64,000 bases of DNA from a virus (Duplodnaviria > Heunggongvirae > Uroviricota > Caudoviricetes), in the IMG/VR virus record IMGVR_UViG_3300025765_000001; one strand, 5' to 3'. Numbering within the stretch: the stretch's first letter is position 1; every line of letters begins with the position of its first letter. The position numbers and the translations under genes were made by a program. The notes beneath the pieces were generated by a model that saw only the letters and a list, made by a program, of their open reading frames with translations, was not told where the DNA came from and did not search any database. Shown here piece after piece: positions 36,781 to 45,070 of this stretch.

Positions 36781-37075
36781 ACTCTAACAACAAACAGAAA
36801 GAGGCTGAGTACAACAAGAAGTATAAAGCCGTGTGGTATAAGAAAAACAGACGAAGGCTGAAAGAATGGTTTTGGGAATACAAGAAAACGCTGGTGTGTA
36901 CAGAGTGTGGTGCAGACCATCCAGCGGTGATTGATTTCCACCATCCAGGCAAAAAGGAGGCTGGTATCTCTGAAATGTTGAAGGATGGCGTTGGCAAAGA
37001 TACGCTGTTGGCCGAGGTTTAACAATGTAGCAACTGCCACAGGATATTACATTACGGCGAAGACAATTGATGCCC
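36771..37075 (+). pseudogene. HNH endonuclease interrupted by an in-frame TAA within the HNH motif
   Basis: 'CTECGADHPAVIDFHHPGKKE...LLAEV*QCSNCHRILHYGEDN' has a stop between the conserved blocks (compare the 34583 paralogue '...LAEIAKCKVLCSNCHRKEHW'). Confidence 0.45.
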
Positions 37076-37143
37076 CGTTCGACTTCGGGTGAGGTCGCTT
37101 GGCTTTCAACCAAGCTAGAAGAGTTCGACTCTCTTACGGGGTA
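37072..37143 (+). tRNA. tRNA-Glu (TTC)-anticodon tRNA, second type
   Basis: Acceptor GCCCCGT / ACGGGGT. Anticodon arm CTTGG CTTTCAA CCAAG. T-arm AAGAG TTCGACT CTCTT. Confidence 0.5.
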
Positions 37144-37149
37144 CTATAT

Positions 37150-37222
37150 GCCCCATTCGACTTTCGGTGAGGTCACGAGACTCTCAATCTCGGTAGGACG
37201 GGTTCGACTCCCGCATGGGGTA
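37150..37222 (+). tRNA. tRNA-Glu (CTC)
   Basis: Acceptor GCCCCAT / ATGGGGT. Anticodon arm CGAGA CTCTCAA TCTCG. T-arm ACGGG TTCGACT CCCGC. Confidence 0.5.
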
Positions 37223-37228
37223 CTATAT

Positions 37229-37303
37229 TGGGGTGTGGTTCAGCTTGGAGTGGACGCCAGTTTCGGGAACTGGAGAACGTGGGTTCAAGTTCCACCACCC
37301 CGA
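37229..37303 (+). tRNA. tRNA-Pro (CGG)
   Basis: Acceptor TGGGGTG / CACCCCG. D-stem GTTC / GGAC. Anticodon arm CCAGT TTCGGGA ACTGG. T-arm GTGGG TTCAAGT TCCAC. Confidence 0.55.
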
Positions 37304-37411
37304 CTCGAAGGCAACAGGTCCGACTCGGATGGCCTGGTGCTACTACCTGTCAGCCGCCATTAGTGTAAGGGCACGTCCGCCAGCAAGGGCGGGAGGACCG
37401 AGTTTCTATAT

Positions 37412-37487
37412 CTGGATGTGTCGGGAGTCCGGTTATCCGTCCTGCTTCGGATGCAGGGGCACGTTGGTTCAAATCCAACCACCCAGA
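37412..37487 (+). tRNA. tRNA-Pro (CGG), second copy
   Basis: Acceptor CTGGATG / CACCCAG (one mismatch). Anticodon arm CCTGC TTCGGAT GCAGG. T-arm GTTGG TTCAAAT CCAAC. Confidence 0.45.
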
Positions 37488-37492
37488 CTCAT

Positions 37493-37566
37493 CGGGGCGT
37501 AGCTCAGCTTGGTAGAGCGTCTGGTTTGGGACCAGAAGGCCGCAGGTCCGAATCCTGTCGCCCCGA
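37493..37566 (+). tRNA. tRNA-Pro (TGG)
   Basis: Acceptor CGGGGCG / CGCCCCG. D-arm GCTC AGCTTGGTA GAGC. Anticodon arm TCTGG TTTGGGA CCAGA. T-arm GCAGG TCCGAAT CCTGT. Confidence 0.65.
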
Positions 37567-37880
37567 CTGTGGAGTGGTGAAGATAAGGGATACTTCAAAC
37601 GTCACACTCATAATGTGAAACTGTAGGTGCAACTCCTACCCCTACTATCTTGAAGAGGTTGAAGAACCTCAGAAAGAAATGGCGGACAGAGCAGACTAGA
37701 GAACGAAGTTTCGTCTGGGCTACGTGCCCGGTGCCTTGAGTCTCGAAAAATCAGTTGGGATAGATATCGATTACGGTATGTGTTCCAGCGAGCTTGATCG
37801 GTTCATTCGTGAACTCGAAAGAGCAACCACGCCAGGGTAGTTTAACAGAAAGTCCCTTGCCGACTATTTCCTCTACAAAC

Positions 37881-37952
37881 GGGCCTTTAGGTTAGAGGAA
37901 AACCGCTTGGATCACGCCCAAGAAACCGCTGGTTCGAGTCCAGCAAGGCCCA
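37881..37952 (+). tRNA. tRNA-Val (CAC)
   Basis: Acceptor GGGCCTT / AAGGCCC. D-stem GGTT / AACC. Anticodon arm CTTGG ATCACGC CCAAG. T-arm GCTGG TTCGAGT CCAGC. Confidence 0.5.
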
Positions 37953-38027
37953 CTGCCGGGCGACAAAATAGAAGACGTGTCATGCACGTATGTTACCGTT
38001 GGACCAACGGAATCAATGTCCGGCAAT

Positions 38028-38099
38028 GACCCATTGGTTTACCGGATGCATCTCTGTCTGACGTACAGAAAGCAGTAGGTTCGATTCTTACATGGGTCA
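38028..38099 (+). tRNA. tRNA-Val (GAC)
   Basis: Acceptor GACCCAT / ATGGGTC. Anticodon arm TCTGT CTGACGT ACAGA. T-arm GTAGG TTCGATT CTTAC. Confidence 0.55.
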
Positions 38100-38114
38100 C
38101 TCGGAGGGTATATC

Positions 38115-38546
38115 ATGAGAAAGCTATTCCGTTTCAAATACGAGCCTTGCAACAAGACGTGTTATGCATATTGTTCAAAGCTCATGACCGAGTTGAGGAA
38201 GTTGTCTCAAGACAAAAGAGAAGAACTAGTCTTTAGCATGGTCGAGGCACATAACCGGTTGTGCGATAACCCGGAGTATTCTTTCGGTGTGGACGTGGAT
38301 GAAGTGAACGATATATTCGTCTCTCACTTCCGAACGCCTCAAAGCACCGACTTGTTTTCAAGCAAAGAATTCTCCGATTGTGTACAGACCGTGATGAACA
38401 CAGACATCCCGCAGGTAAAGGGAGAATGTAACTTCGGCGACAACGGGGCCGAAGACCTTGGTAGAGAGATACTAAGGTTCTGCACGGATGTCGGCTACGC
38501 CGAAGTTCTGGAGAAGCGTTGTGAGTGTAAAGCTCACGCTGCTTAA
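38115..38546 (+). CDS. hypothetical protein
   Basis: 143-aa ORF between tRNA clusters. Confidence 0.45.
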   Translation: MRKLFRFKYEPCNKTCYAYCSKLMTELRKLSQDKREELVFSMVEAHNRLCDNPEYSFGVDVDEVNDIFVSHFRTPQSTDLFSSKEFSDCVQTVMNTDIPQVKGECNFGDNGAEDLGREILRFCTDVGYAEVLEKRCECKAHAA

Positions 38547-38714
38547 CATGGGCAAGCAAAAAGTAAGATACTGTGTCCGAGCCAATCCGCCGCATGGATG
38601 GTAGATTTGGGACCGGAAACGACAGAAATGGTGGGGGAGACCTACCAAAGAGTTCCCGACGAAGGAACTAGAGTTGCTCAACTCTGGCCGACAAGCAGAG
38701 TTGAAATACTAGAT

Positions 38715-38787
38715 GGGCCATTGGTGTATCGGCTAACACGTCTCGCTTACACCGAGAAGACGGTAGGTTCAACTCCTACATGGCCCA
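38715..38787 (+). tRNA. tRNA-Val (TAC)
   Basis: Acceptor GGGCCAT / ATGGCCC. D-stem GTGT / ACAC. Anticodon arm TCTCG CTTACAC CGAGA. T-arm GTAGG TTCAACT CCTAC. Confidence 0.65.
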
Positions 38788-38897
38788 CTGCCAGCAAGGT
38801 GCAGGGTAGAGTTACTTCACAGGTTCAATTCTTGTTTTCTCCGCAAGGGGAAAGCTAAAGGTAGCTTCACTCTTCTCGAATATGTCTGCTGGCAAAT

Positions 38898-38972
38898 GGG
38901 CCGTTGGTGAAGCCTGGAGTTCACGTCACGTTGACATCGTGAAGGTCGCTGGTTCAAATCCAGCACGGCCCA
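38898..38972 (+). tRNA. tRNA-Val (GAC), second copy
   Basis: Acceptor GGGCCGT / ACGGCCC. D-stem GTGA / TCAC. Anticodon arm TCACG TTGACAT CGTGA. T-arm GCTGG TTCAAAT CCAGC. Confidence 0.6.
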
Positions 38973-39180
38973 CTTATGGAATTGCTAGATAATCTCAAAT
39001 CTCTGACGAACGTGGCAAAGTTCTTCCACAAGCTGCGACACAAAGAGCTTGTGTTAGATAAGAAGACACCCATCGAGGACGTTACCAAGAAGCTTAAAAG
39101 AAAGGTGCCTGCTGTACTAGAAGGCTGTAAAGTCCATCTGGCTACATATCACCGATCTCAAGAAGCAGGGTAAAGTTTCG

Positions 39181-39525
39181 GTGGATCACCCGCAGGTCGG
39201 GCAATTCGTAGTAGATATGCGTCACAAACCGCATGTGGCGAAAGATGCGATTCAAATCGAGGCCAATCTAGAACGGCCTTTGCCGGTCGGCGTGACTGAT
39301 CTACAACAGCGAATTACGATTTTTCCGCATGGCCCTGGGCAGACAATGGTGCAATTGGAGATCGGCATGAAACTACAACGTATCGTGCCTTCGTTTGTCA
39401 GGAATTACGCTCAGGGGGAATTAGATGCGGCCACAGAGCGTTCGATACGCAATATCGAGCAGGTGTTGAGGAATCTGCCGTCTCCGAAGAAGGGATTGGT
39501 AATCCCTCTTCACTTGGATAGATAG
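39181..39525 (+). CDS. hypothetical protein (GTG start)
   Basis: 114-aa ORF. Confidence 0.35.
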   Translation: MDHPQVGQFVVDMRHKPHVAKDAIQIEANLERPLPVGVTDLQQRITIFPHGPGQTMVQLEIGMKLQRIVPSFVRNYAQGELDAATERSIRNIEQVLRNLPSPKKGLVIPLHLDR

Positions 39526-39921
39526 TAGGTGATCTATCATTACCAGGGACGCCTAGTACGAGTGCTTTACAAACCTAAGATACGAAACCCTAATTTCGTG
39601 TTTGTAGAGTATCTTAACACTCAGACGAAGTTTCTGGTAGAGTGCTACAAGCTGACCAAGGCTTGGGAGTAACTATGGTAGGTTCAGACGAACCGATTTG
39701 GCTTGGGTTGACCGGGCGTGAGATCGGCATGTTGGTAACAGCGTTGATCTTGTTTGTGATCTTCGTCTACCATTGGTGCAGGTATAAAGTTTGGAACTGG
39801 CTTGCTTTGGTACTCATGCTATCGCCTTGGCCGATATTTTGGCTGATTCGATGGCATATAGAAGGGAAACTATGATTGACGAGAGAAGTGGATCAAGTCA
39901 ATCAAGTGTGATTAGCTTGAT

Positions 39922-39994
39922 GGGGGCTTAGCTCAGTTGGGAGAGCGACAGGCTGGCAGTCTGTAGGTCATGGGTTCGAGTCCCATAGCCTCCA
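39922..39994 (+). tRNA. tRNA-Ala (GGC)
   Basis: Acceptor GGGGGCT / AGCCTCC gives the G3:U70 alanine identity pair. Anticodon arm ACAGG CTGGCAG TCTGT. T-arm ATGGG TTCGAGT CCCAT. Confidence 0.7.
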
Positions 39995-39999
39995 CTTTT

Positions 40000-40071
40000 G
40001 GCTCCATCGTCTAGCGGCTAGGACATAACCCTCTCAAGGTTAAGACCGGAGTTCGAGTCTCCGTGGAGTCA
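40000..40071 (+). tRNA. tRNA-Glu (CTC), second copy
   Basis: Acceptor GGCTCCA / TGGAGTC. Anticodon arm TAACC CTCTCAA GGTTA. T-arm CGGAG TTCGAGT CTCCG. Confidence 0.6.
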
Positions 40072-40253
40072 CTTATGAACGCTAGAATGGTTTAGCCAGA
40101 CCCGCTTAGGGATTTGGATTGGAACCTGTAGTGCGTTTCTTTTCTACGCATGGCACATTATGATGTGTCGTCGTAAGAAAGAGAAATACATGTACTATGA
40201 GGCCGAGAAAGCATACAATCCGAAATTAGAGTTTCGGTGGTGGATTAAGTAGC

Positions 40254-40565
40254 ATGTGGGAAAACTGCCACGACGCATTGGAGTATGAAGAGGCCGTGAA
40301 GCGGGCTGAAGAGTACAAACGAGTCAGCAAGCCGCTTCAAGCTGTGTGCAATGTCTGTGGCACCCCTTCTCAGTTCTTCATTCAAGGGAACATCACTGTC
40401 GAAGAAGAGGAAGGCGAAGTAAAATTGGTTGCGATCTGCAAAAAGTGCCTTCTAGAGATCGGCTTAGAGCAATGCTACAAATTCTTGATGGACCATGTTG
40501 GAACTTCACAGCGAACGAAATACCTCCAAGGTTTCAAAGCCCAGCGACTATTGATGGGGGCTTAG
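40254..40565 (+). CDS. hypothetical zinc-ribbon-like protein
   Basis: CxxC...CxxC pattern. 3' end runs into tRNA-Ala. Confidence 0.35.
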   Translation: MWENCHDALEYEEAVKRAEEYKRVSKPLQAVCNVCGTPSQFFIQGNITVEEEEGEVKLVAICKKCLLEIGLEQCYKFLMDHVGTSQRTKYLQGFKAQRLLMGA

Positions 40566-40627
40566 CTCAGATGGGAGAGCGATAGCTTTGCAAGCTATAG
40601 GTCATGGGTTCGAGTCCCATAGCCTCC
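40555..40627 (+). tRNA. tRNA-Ala (TGC)
   Basis: Same G3:U70 acceptor as the GGC isoacceptor. Anticodon arm ATAGC TTTGCAA GCTAT. Confidence 0.7.
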
Positions 40628-40688
40628 ACTCGTCTCATACATAGGAAAAGGTCATGAAATGAAGCGTGTAGATAACGATTGATGTTTG

Positions 40689-40759
40689 GCCCCGTCCAGC
40701 GGACTTCTGGCACCGAGTTTCCTAAACTTGGTTAATTGGTTCGACTCCAATACGGGGTA
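40689..40759 (+). tRNA. tRNA-Arg (CCT)
   Basis: Acceptor GCCCCGT / ACGGGGT. Anticodon arm CGAGT TTCCTAA ACTTG. T-arm ATTGG TTCGACT CCAAT. D-arm atypical. Confidence 0.45.
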
Positions 40760-40762
40760 CTT

Positions 40763-40860
40763 GCGGGATGGTGCAGGATACGGTTCCTTCGCCAAATGGT
40801 ATGGCACTAGCTGTCAAAGCTGGAGTTGTGGGTTCAATTCCCACAGGTTCAAATCCCGTA
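40763..40860 (+). ncRNA. ~95-nt tRNA-like element with two consecutive T-arm-like hairpins
   Basis: GTGGG TTCAATT CCCAC followed by ACAGG TTCAAAT CCCGT. Ends GCGGGAT...ATCCCGT could pair. Confidence 0.25.
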
Positions 40861-40892
40861 TCTGTTTATTTCTCCCGCTACTTACATAAGGA

Positions 40893-41540
40893 ATGATTTA
40901 TCATGCAATCGGGACGCATCTTGGTGATTGTTGGTCCAGCCTGAACTACGTGCTATTCCAAGACGATCCCTGCATCTCGATGTATTTCCTATCACACTCC
41001 AGGGGGTGGAAGAAACGGAATGCTGGAAAGCACTTCAGGAAGATGATCCCGTTGTTCAAAGACGGTGATAGAATCAAAGTTACCGAAGAGCTACCAACTG
41101 TACGGCTAACTTGGAGGGGCATTTACAATGTCCCAGGTTATCACGAGACCGTTTATCCCTGGGCGGGCGAGGGCAGCAAGAAGGTTGCCTATCAGTTCAA
41201 TGGTCGCAACAACGGCTTTGCTAAGAACTGCAAGCCCTGGGAAGAAGCGTGGATTTTGGAAGTGCTATGTGAGCTTGGCTATGAGCCGGTTCAGATGGGC
41301 TTGCCAAAATCGCTGAAGCAGAGCATCAAAGACTTGTCTCGGTGCTGTGCCTTCGTTGGAGTAGAGAGTGGTTTTTCGGTAGTATCACAGTCGATAGTCG
41401 GTTTGCCGATAACGATCATTCGCAACCAGATCGAGGAGGAATCTATTCGGCACTCACAGCGAGGCGACGGGCGGATAGTTAAAGACGCTGCTGAGTATAT
41501 AGCTCTGTTAAAGAGCGGTCAGATTGCCGGTATAGGATAG
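40893..41540 (+). CDS. hypothetical protein, possibly GT9-like glycosyltransferase fold (weak)
   Basis: 'VGVESGFSVVSQSIVGLPI' loosely resembles the heptosyltransferase donor-binding motif. Confidence 0.3.
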   Translation: MIYHAIGTHLGDCWSSLNYVLFQDDPCISMYFLSHSRGWKKRNAGKHFRKMIPLFKDGDRIKVTEELPTVRLTWRGIYNVPGYHETVYPWAGEGSKKVAYQFNGRNNGFAKNCKPWEEAWILEVLCELGYEPVQMGLPKSLKQSIKDLSRCCAFVGVESGFSVVSQSIVGLPITIIRNQIEEESIRHSQRGDGRIVKDAAEYIALLKSGQIAGIG

Positions 41541-41593
41541 TGGTAGTCCGTCTCACTCGTAATGAGAAAGCCTGTGTTCGATTCATAGTACCG
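41523..41593 (+). tRNA. tRNA-Thr (CGT)
   Basis: Acceptor GCCGGTA / TACCGGC. Anticodon arm TCTCA CTCGTAA TGAGA. T-arm CTGTG TTCGATT CATAG. Confidence 0.65.
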
Positions 41594-41605
41594 GCTCTTG
41601 CTCAA

Positions 41606-41722
41606 GTGCAGATCGTTGCCGTAATGAGAAGTAGGTATCGAATCCCCAAGTCGCAAGTCAGCCGAGCAACTGGCGTAAGCGATGCAAGGTAGGTCTAGCG
41701 TGAGTTCGAGTCTCACCGATCT
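41606..41722 (+). ncRNA. ~116-nt tRNA-like RNA closed by a 10-bp terminal helix (CAGATCG.../...CGATCTG) with a canonical T-arm
   Basis: GTGCAGATCG at 41603 pairs with CGATCTGCAC at 41714. T-arm GTGAG TTCGAGT CTCAC lies directly before the 3' strand. Interior has several small hairpins, no canonical anticodon arm. Confidence 0.3.
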
Positions 41723-41727
41723 GCACA

Positions 41728-41799
41728 ACTGCCGATGTAGCATAAAGGTAATGCACGATCTTGGTAAGATCGGGAGTGTGGGTTCAAGTCCCACCATCG
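41728..41799 (+). tRNA. tRNA-Thr (GGT)
   Basis: Acceptor GCCGATG / CATCGGC. Anticodon arm CGATC TTGGTAA GATCG. T-arm GTGGG TTCAAGT CCCAC. Confidence 0.65.
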
Positions 41800-41821
41800 G
41801 CTCTTTGACGTTTCAACCAAA

Positions 41822-41892
41822 CATGCTACCGTCTTCTAGTGGTAAGAAACCAGCGTGGTAAGCTGGGAACCTGAGTTTGATTCTCAGCGGTA
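41822..41892 (+). tRNA. tRNA with GGT anticodon, Glu/Gln-type D-arm and T-loop TTTGATT
   Basis: Acceptor GCTACCG / CGGTAGC. Anticodon arm CCAGC GTGGTAA GCTGG (G32). Confidence 0.4.
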
Positions 41893-42039
41893 GCTCTCAT
41901 TTCTCTCTATCCTAATCCTAGAATCACTGGTAGAATCTATATACCGTCTAGCGGTATATAGATCATCCGACCGCTACTGCTACTGTATTAAGGAGATCAA
42001 CGAGCAGGATAGGTACGTGTTGCTTGAGCTTGTTGATGG

Positions 42040-42630
42040 TCACTGGCTGGTGAAGTCCTGCTGAAAGAATAGTTCTTTGAACTCGTCCGATGCGGGGATG
42101 TCGTTTTCGGCCAGCCACTTCATAATGTTTTGGTGTCTTAGCAACGCCAGGGCAGGGTCACTCATTTTCTGATGGTGAGGCTCGAACATTACAGCTTTGA
42201 AATACCTCATCGAGCCTTTCTTAATCATGTGTGGGAACAAGTAGTATTCACTGCCTTCGATGTCGGCTCGCAAGATGTTGTTGTTGCTCGGCAAAAGCGT
42301 CTCTTTCACCCACCTGTCGAAATCGATGCACTCTACCTTAGTGACTCGGTTAAGATTTCCATTGCAAGGTATTTTGTCTACTATAGTTGAACCAGCACCC
42401 TTATAGCCGCTTACTTCCATCTCCTTTACCTCCTCTCTGATCCAAACTGCTTTTCTGAGATAGCGAAAATTAGGAAACTCCTTTTCTAGTTTTTCTAGAG
42501 CTTCGGCTAATTTCTCATGTGGGGCGGGACATGGATCGAACCCATAGAACACAATCTCCGGGTATTCTATAAGAGGCTCACGAATATACTTTGGGCGATT
42601 TACTCCTAATTCTATCACAACTGTTTTCAT
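42040..42630 (-). CDS. FkbM-family methyltransferase
   Basis: 'ILRADIEGSEYYLF' matches the FkbM 'LLKIDIEGAEyevL' block. Confidence 0.5.
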   Translation of the reverse strand: MKTVVIELGVNRPKYIREPLIEYPEIVFYGFDPCPAPHEKLAEALEKLEKEFPNFRYLRKAVWIREEVKEMEVSGYKGAGSTIVDKIPCNGNLNRVTKVECIDFDRWVKETLLPSNNNILRADIEGSEYYLFPHMIKKGSMRYFKAVMFEPHHQKMSDPALALLRHQNIMKWLAENDIPASDEFKELFFQQDFTSQ

Positions 42631-42653
42631 TGGTTTGCCTATATAGATAGAGT

Positions 42654-43040
42654 ATGGATTTCAAGAAGTTTATCGAACAGAACGCAATGCCGATGCAGCA
42701 GTTTTCTCAGCCCGCCAAGCCGTGGAAGGCCAAGAAAGCTGATGTTCTACGTTTCTGGCAGGAGATTCGCCCCGGTTTGCCCATTGAAGTTCAGCCTGTC
42801 GAGAAAGGTCATAGCGGAACTAGATTCAACGAAGATGGCATTCGTATAACTGGCAGCCCAGTTTTTATTAGTAGCGTGCTTAGTCGCCTCAAGGATTTGC
42901 TCAGTTATAACTCTACTCCTGGTAAGAAACTAGATGTGGAATATAGAGAAATACAAAGTGCTGGTAGCACAGGTCGGAAAGTATATGTCTTTTATGTTCA
43001 CGTTTTGCAAGATGAACTTGATATGCCAAAGGTTCCTTGA
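42654..43040 (+). CDS. hypothetical protein
   Basis: 128-aa ORF. Confidence 0.4.
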   Translation: MDFKKFIEQNAMPMQQFSQPAKPWKAKKADVLRFWQEIRPGLPIEVQPVEKGHSGTRFNEDGIRITGSPVFISSVLSRLKDLLSYNSTPGKKLDVEYREIQSAGSTGRKVYVFYVHVLQDELDMPKVP

Positions 43041-43066
43041 TTTGATTTTGCTTTTCTGTTAGGGCC

Positions 43067-43447
43067 ATGAGAGTAGTACAAGACCAAGAAGATGAAGGCG
43101 GCAACAAACCGCAAGAGAAGCCTCAGAAAAAAGACGAGCGTGTAGAACGTCCGCCCAAGAGTCAAAAAACCAATAGACTCTGCGGACTTGTAGAGGGCTG
43201 GGTACTAGATACGTTAGGGCGTTCGCCTAACTTTTCTCATGTTCGAGCCTACCACCTTTGGGATAATAGATTCCGAGTCAACATCTGGACGAATGAGAAC
43301 CGTATCTCTGATAGTTTTTTCATCCACGCTGTACTCGATGGGATAACGCACTCGTCACCAGCCTTGGAGAAGAAATATGCAGACCCAGCAGCAACAACAC
43401 CTGCCGGACCAGAACTTGTTGAAGCAGCAAGTTCAAATGTAGAGTGA
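43067..43447 (+). CDS. hypothetical protein
   Basis: 126-aa ORF. Confidence 0.4.
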   Translation: MRVVQDQEDEGGNKPQEKPQKKDERVERPPKSQKTNRLCGLVEGWVLDTLGRSPNFSHVRAYHLWDNRFRVNIWTNENRISDSFFIHAVLDGITHSSPALEKKYADPAATTPAGPELVEAASSNVE

Positions 43448-43755
43448 TTGCTGCTTATTTTGGGCAGAGGAGGAACATGAACTATTACCAAGCGAGAGAG
43501 ATGTACAAGGATGGGAAGCCGAGCGGCAAATGGCACTACATTTGTATGAACGACGGAAAAATCTGGCCTGTCGGATACTGTAGTCCCTGGAAGACCTGTC
43601 TTGACTGCGACGGCAAAAGTGCATGGTATCATCTCTATGACGACACTCCTGATTGTGCTACATGTAATAACAAGGGAATAGTAGAAGATGCAAATCCTTG
43701 CCCTGGTCACGATACACCAGACGAGGCTGTAACCACTATAGAGAGTATCTTCTAG
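43444..43755 (+). CDS. hypothetical Cys-rich protein
   Basis: 10 Cys in 103 aa. Confidence 0.4.
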   Translation: MIAAYFGQRRNMNYYQAREMYKDGKPSGKWHYICMNDGKIWPVGYCSPWKTCLDCDGKSAWYHLYDDTPDCATCNNKGIVEDANPCPGHDTPDEAVTTIESIF

Positions 43756-44363
43756 ATAACGCAAAGTACGATAACCACCTGCAAGTCAAGAAACTGCCGC
43801 TCGTTCCAACATATGTCGTTGACATAGGTGCCCACATCGGAACATTCTCTGTATTGGTTAAACGCACCTTCCCAGGCAGCCAAACCATATGTTGCGAACG
43901 CTGCCCAGAAAACATTCCAATGCTATCGAAGAATATCCGTGGCTTTGGCAAGGTGGTTCAGGCCGCAATCACCTATGAGGTCGATCTAACACTTTTGAAC
44001 TCGGTATTCCCAGATTGTGTGTCTATAGGAGGGAGCATTGTCTGTCATCCTGATTTGCTTGCCACAATTGATAAAGTGCGGTATTGGGCCGATACGAGGC
44101 CGTTAGCTCGCAAGACTTTGGAAAATGTGATCTCCGAGAATAAACTAGAACGGATCGATCTGTTGAAACTAGATTGCGAGGACAGCGAATTGAGTATTCT
44201 CCGAAACACCACATCACTAGATAAAATTCGATTCATTGTCGGCGAGTGGCACGGAAGGAATCAGTTCATGGATATAGTTTCAACTAGGTTTTCAACCTGG
44301 AACTTCAGAATTTTCAGAGATGGCGAATTGGGATTATTCTGGTTAGAAAATAAGGTAATATGA
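43698..44363 (+). CDS. FkbM-family methyltransferase (true start probably downstream of 43698)
   Basis: 'VVDIGAHIGTFS' (FkbM DIGANxG motif) and 'IDLLKLDCEDSELSIL'. Confidence 0.55.
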   Translation: MPWSRYTRRGCNHYREYLLDNAKYDNHLQVKKLPLVPTYVVDIGAHIGTFSVLVKRTFPGSQTICCERCPENIPMLSKNIRGFGKVVQAAITYEVDLTLLNSVFPDCVSIGGSIVCHPDLLATIDKVRYWADTRPLARKTLENVISENKLERIDLLKLDCEDSELSILRNTTSLDKIRFIVGEWHGRNQFMDIVSTRFSTWNFRIFRDGELGLFWLENKVI

Positions 44364-44782
44364 TGTCAACAATCTTTCTTACTCGTCCTCCGTTCATCGT
44401 GGATGCAGGGCCGTGCCCTGGCGTTTACTCGGAGGCTTACCAATTTCACCTACAAATGAAAGGAATTGATCCTATGGCTATTTTGAAAGGCTTTCCGCTG
44501 TCCAACACCATTTCTCCGGATACGAGGATAAATATAGAAGAAGAATCAATGTGGCCCATTGACGATACCGATGCCAAGGTTTGCAAAGAGATAGTTGCCG
44601 ATGACCCACAAGCTGGTCCAGGGCAGGACGCCGAGTGGGATACTGGCAATTACACGATGGTTCATGACGAAAGGGATTACGGAGATGGCCGCAACATCAG
44701 TTTCAGGAAGAGGTCTGGGGATGTCCTACCCGCCAACGGAGAGGAAATCCAAGCAGAAACCGCAGAATCACATAACGTGTAA
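44360..44782 (+). CDS. hypothetical protein
   Basis: 140-aa ORF. Confidence 0.4.
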   Translation: MMSTIFLTRPPFIVDAGPCPGVYSEAYQFHLQMKGIDPMAILKGFPLSNTISPDTRINIEEESMWPIDDTDAKVCKEIVADDPQAGPGQDAEWDTGNYTMVHDERDYGDGRNISFRKRSGDVLPANGEEIQAETAESHNV

Positions 44783-44912
44783 TTGTGGTCCGAATTGCGA
44801 CCCTCCACCGACTCCCACGCCTTCTCCTAGCAAATGCTATTCTAGAGTGAAAGTTGGCGGGGTCTCTAGAATCAAAGTATCTAATAGTAGGAGTCTCAAG
44901 ATTTGTACATAA

Positions 44913-44993
44913 GGGGCCTTGGTCTAACGGTAAGGCGTCGTGTTAAAGTCACAGTGCCGCACGAAGATGTCGGTTCGATTCCGGCAGGTTCCA
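44913..44993 (+). ncRNA. 81-nt tRNA-like RNA (type II length) with anticodon region expanded to a 5-bp stem enclosing 17 nt
   Basis: Acceptor GGGGCCT / AGGTTCC (two G-U). T-arm GTCGG TTCGATT CCGGC. TCGTG...17 nt...CACGA in place of a 7-nt anticodon loop. Confidence 0.3.
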
Positions 44994-45070
44994 TATTGAT
45001 TGAAATGTCTTTTCTGGTTACACTCTAGCATCGTATAGTACATTTTGCCACTTACCCAAAGGAATGCAAG

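Noticed and set aside
38790-38840. Possible tRNA from T-loop-like CACAGG TTCAATT CTTGT
   Set aside because: No partner acceptor strand or anticodon arm could be built.
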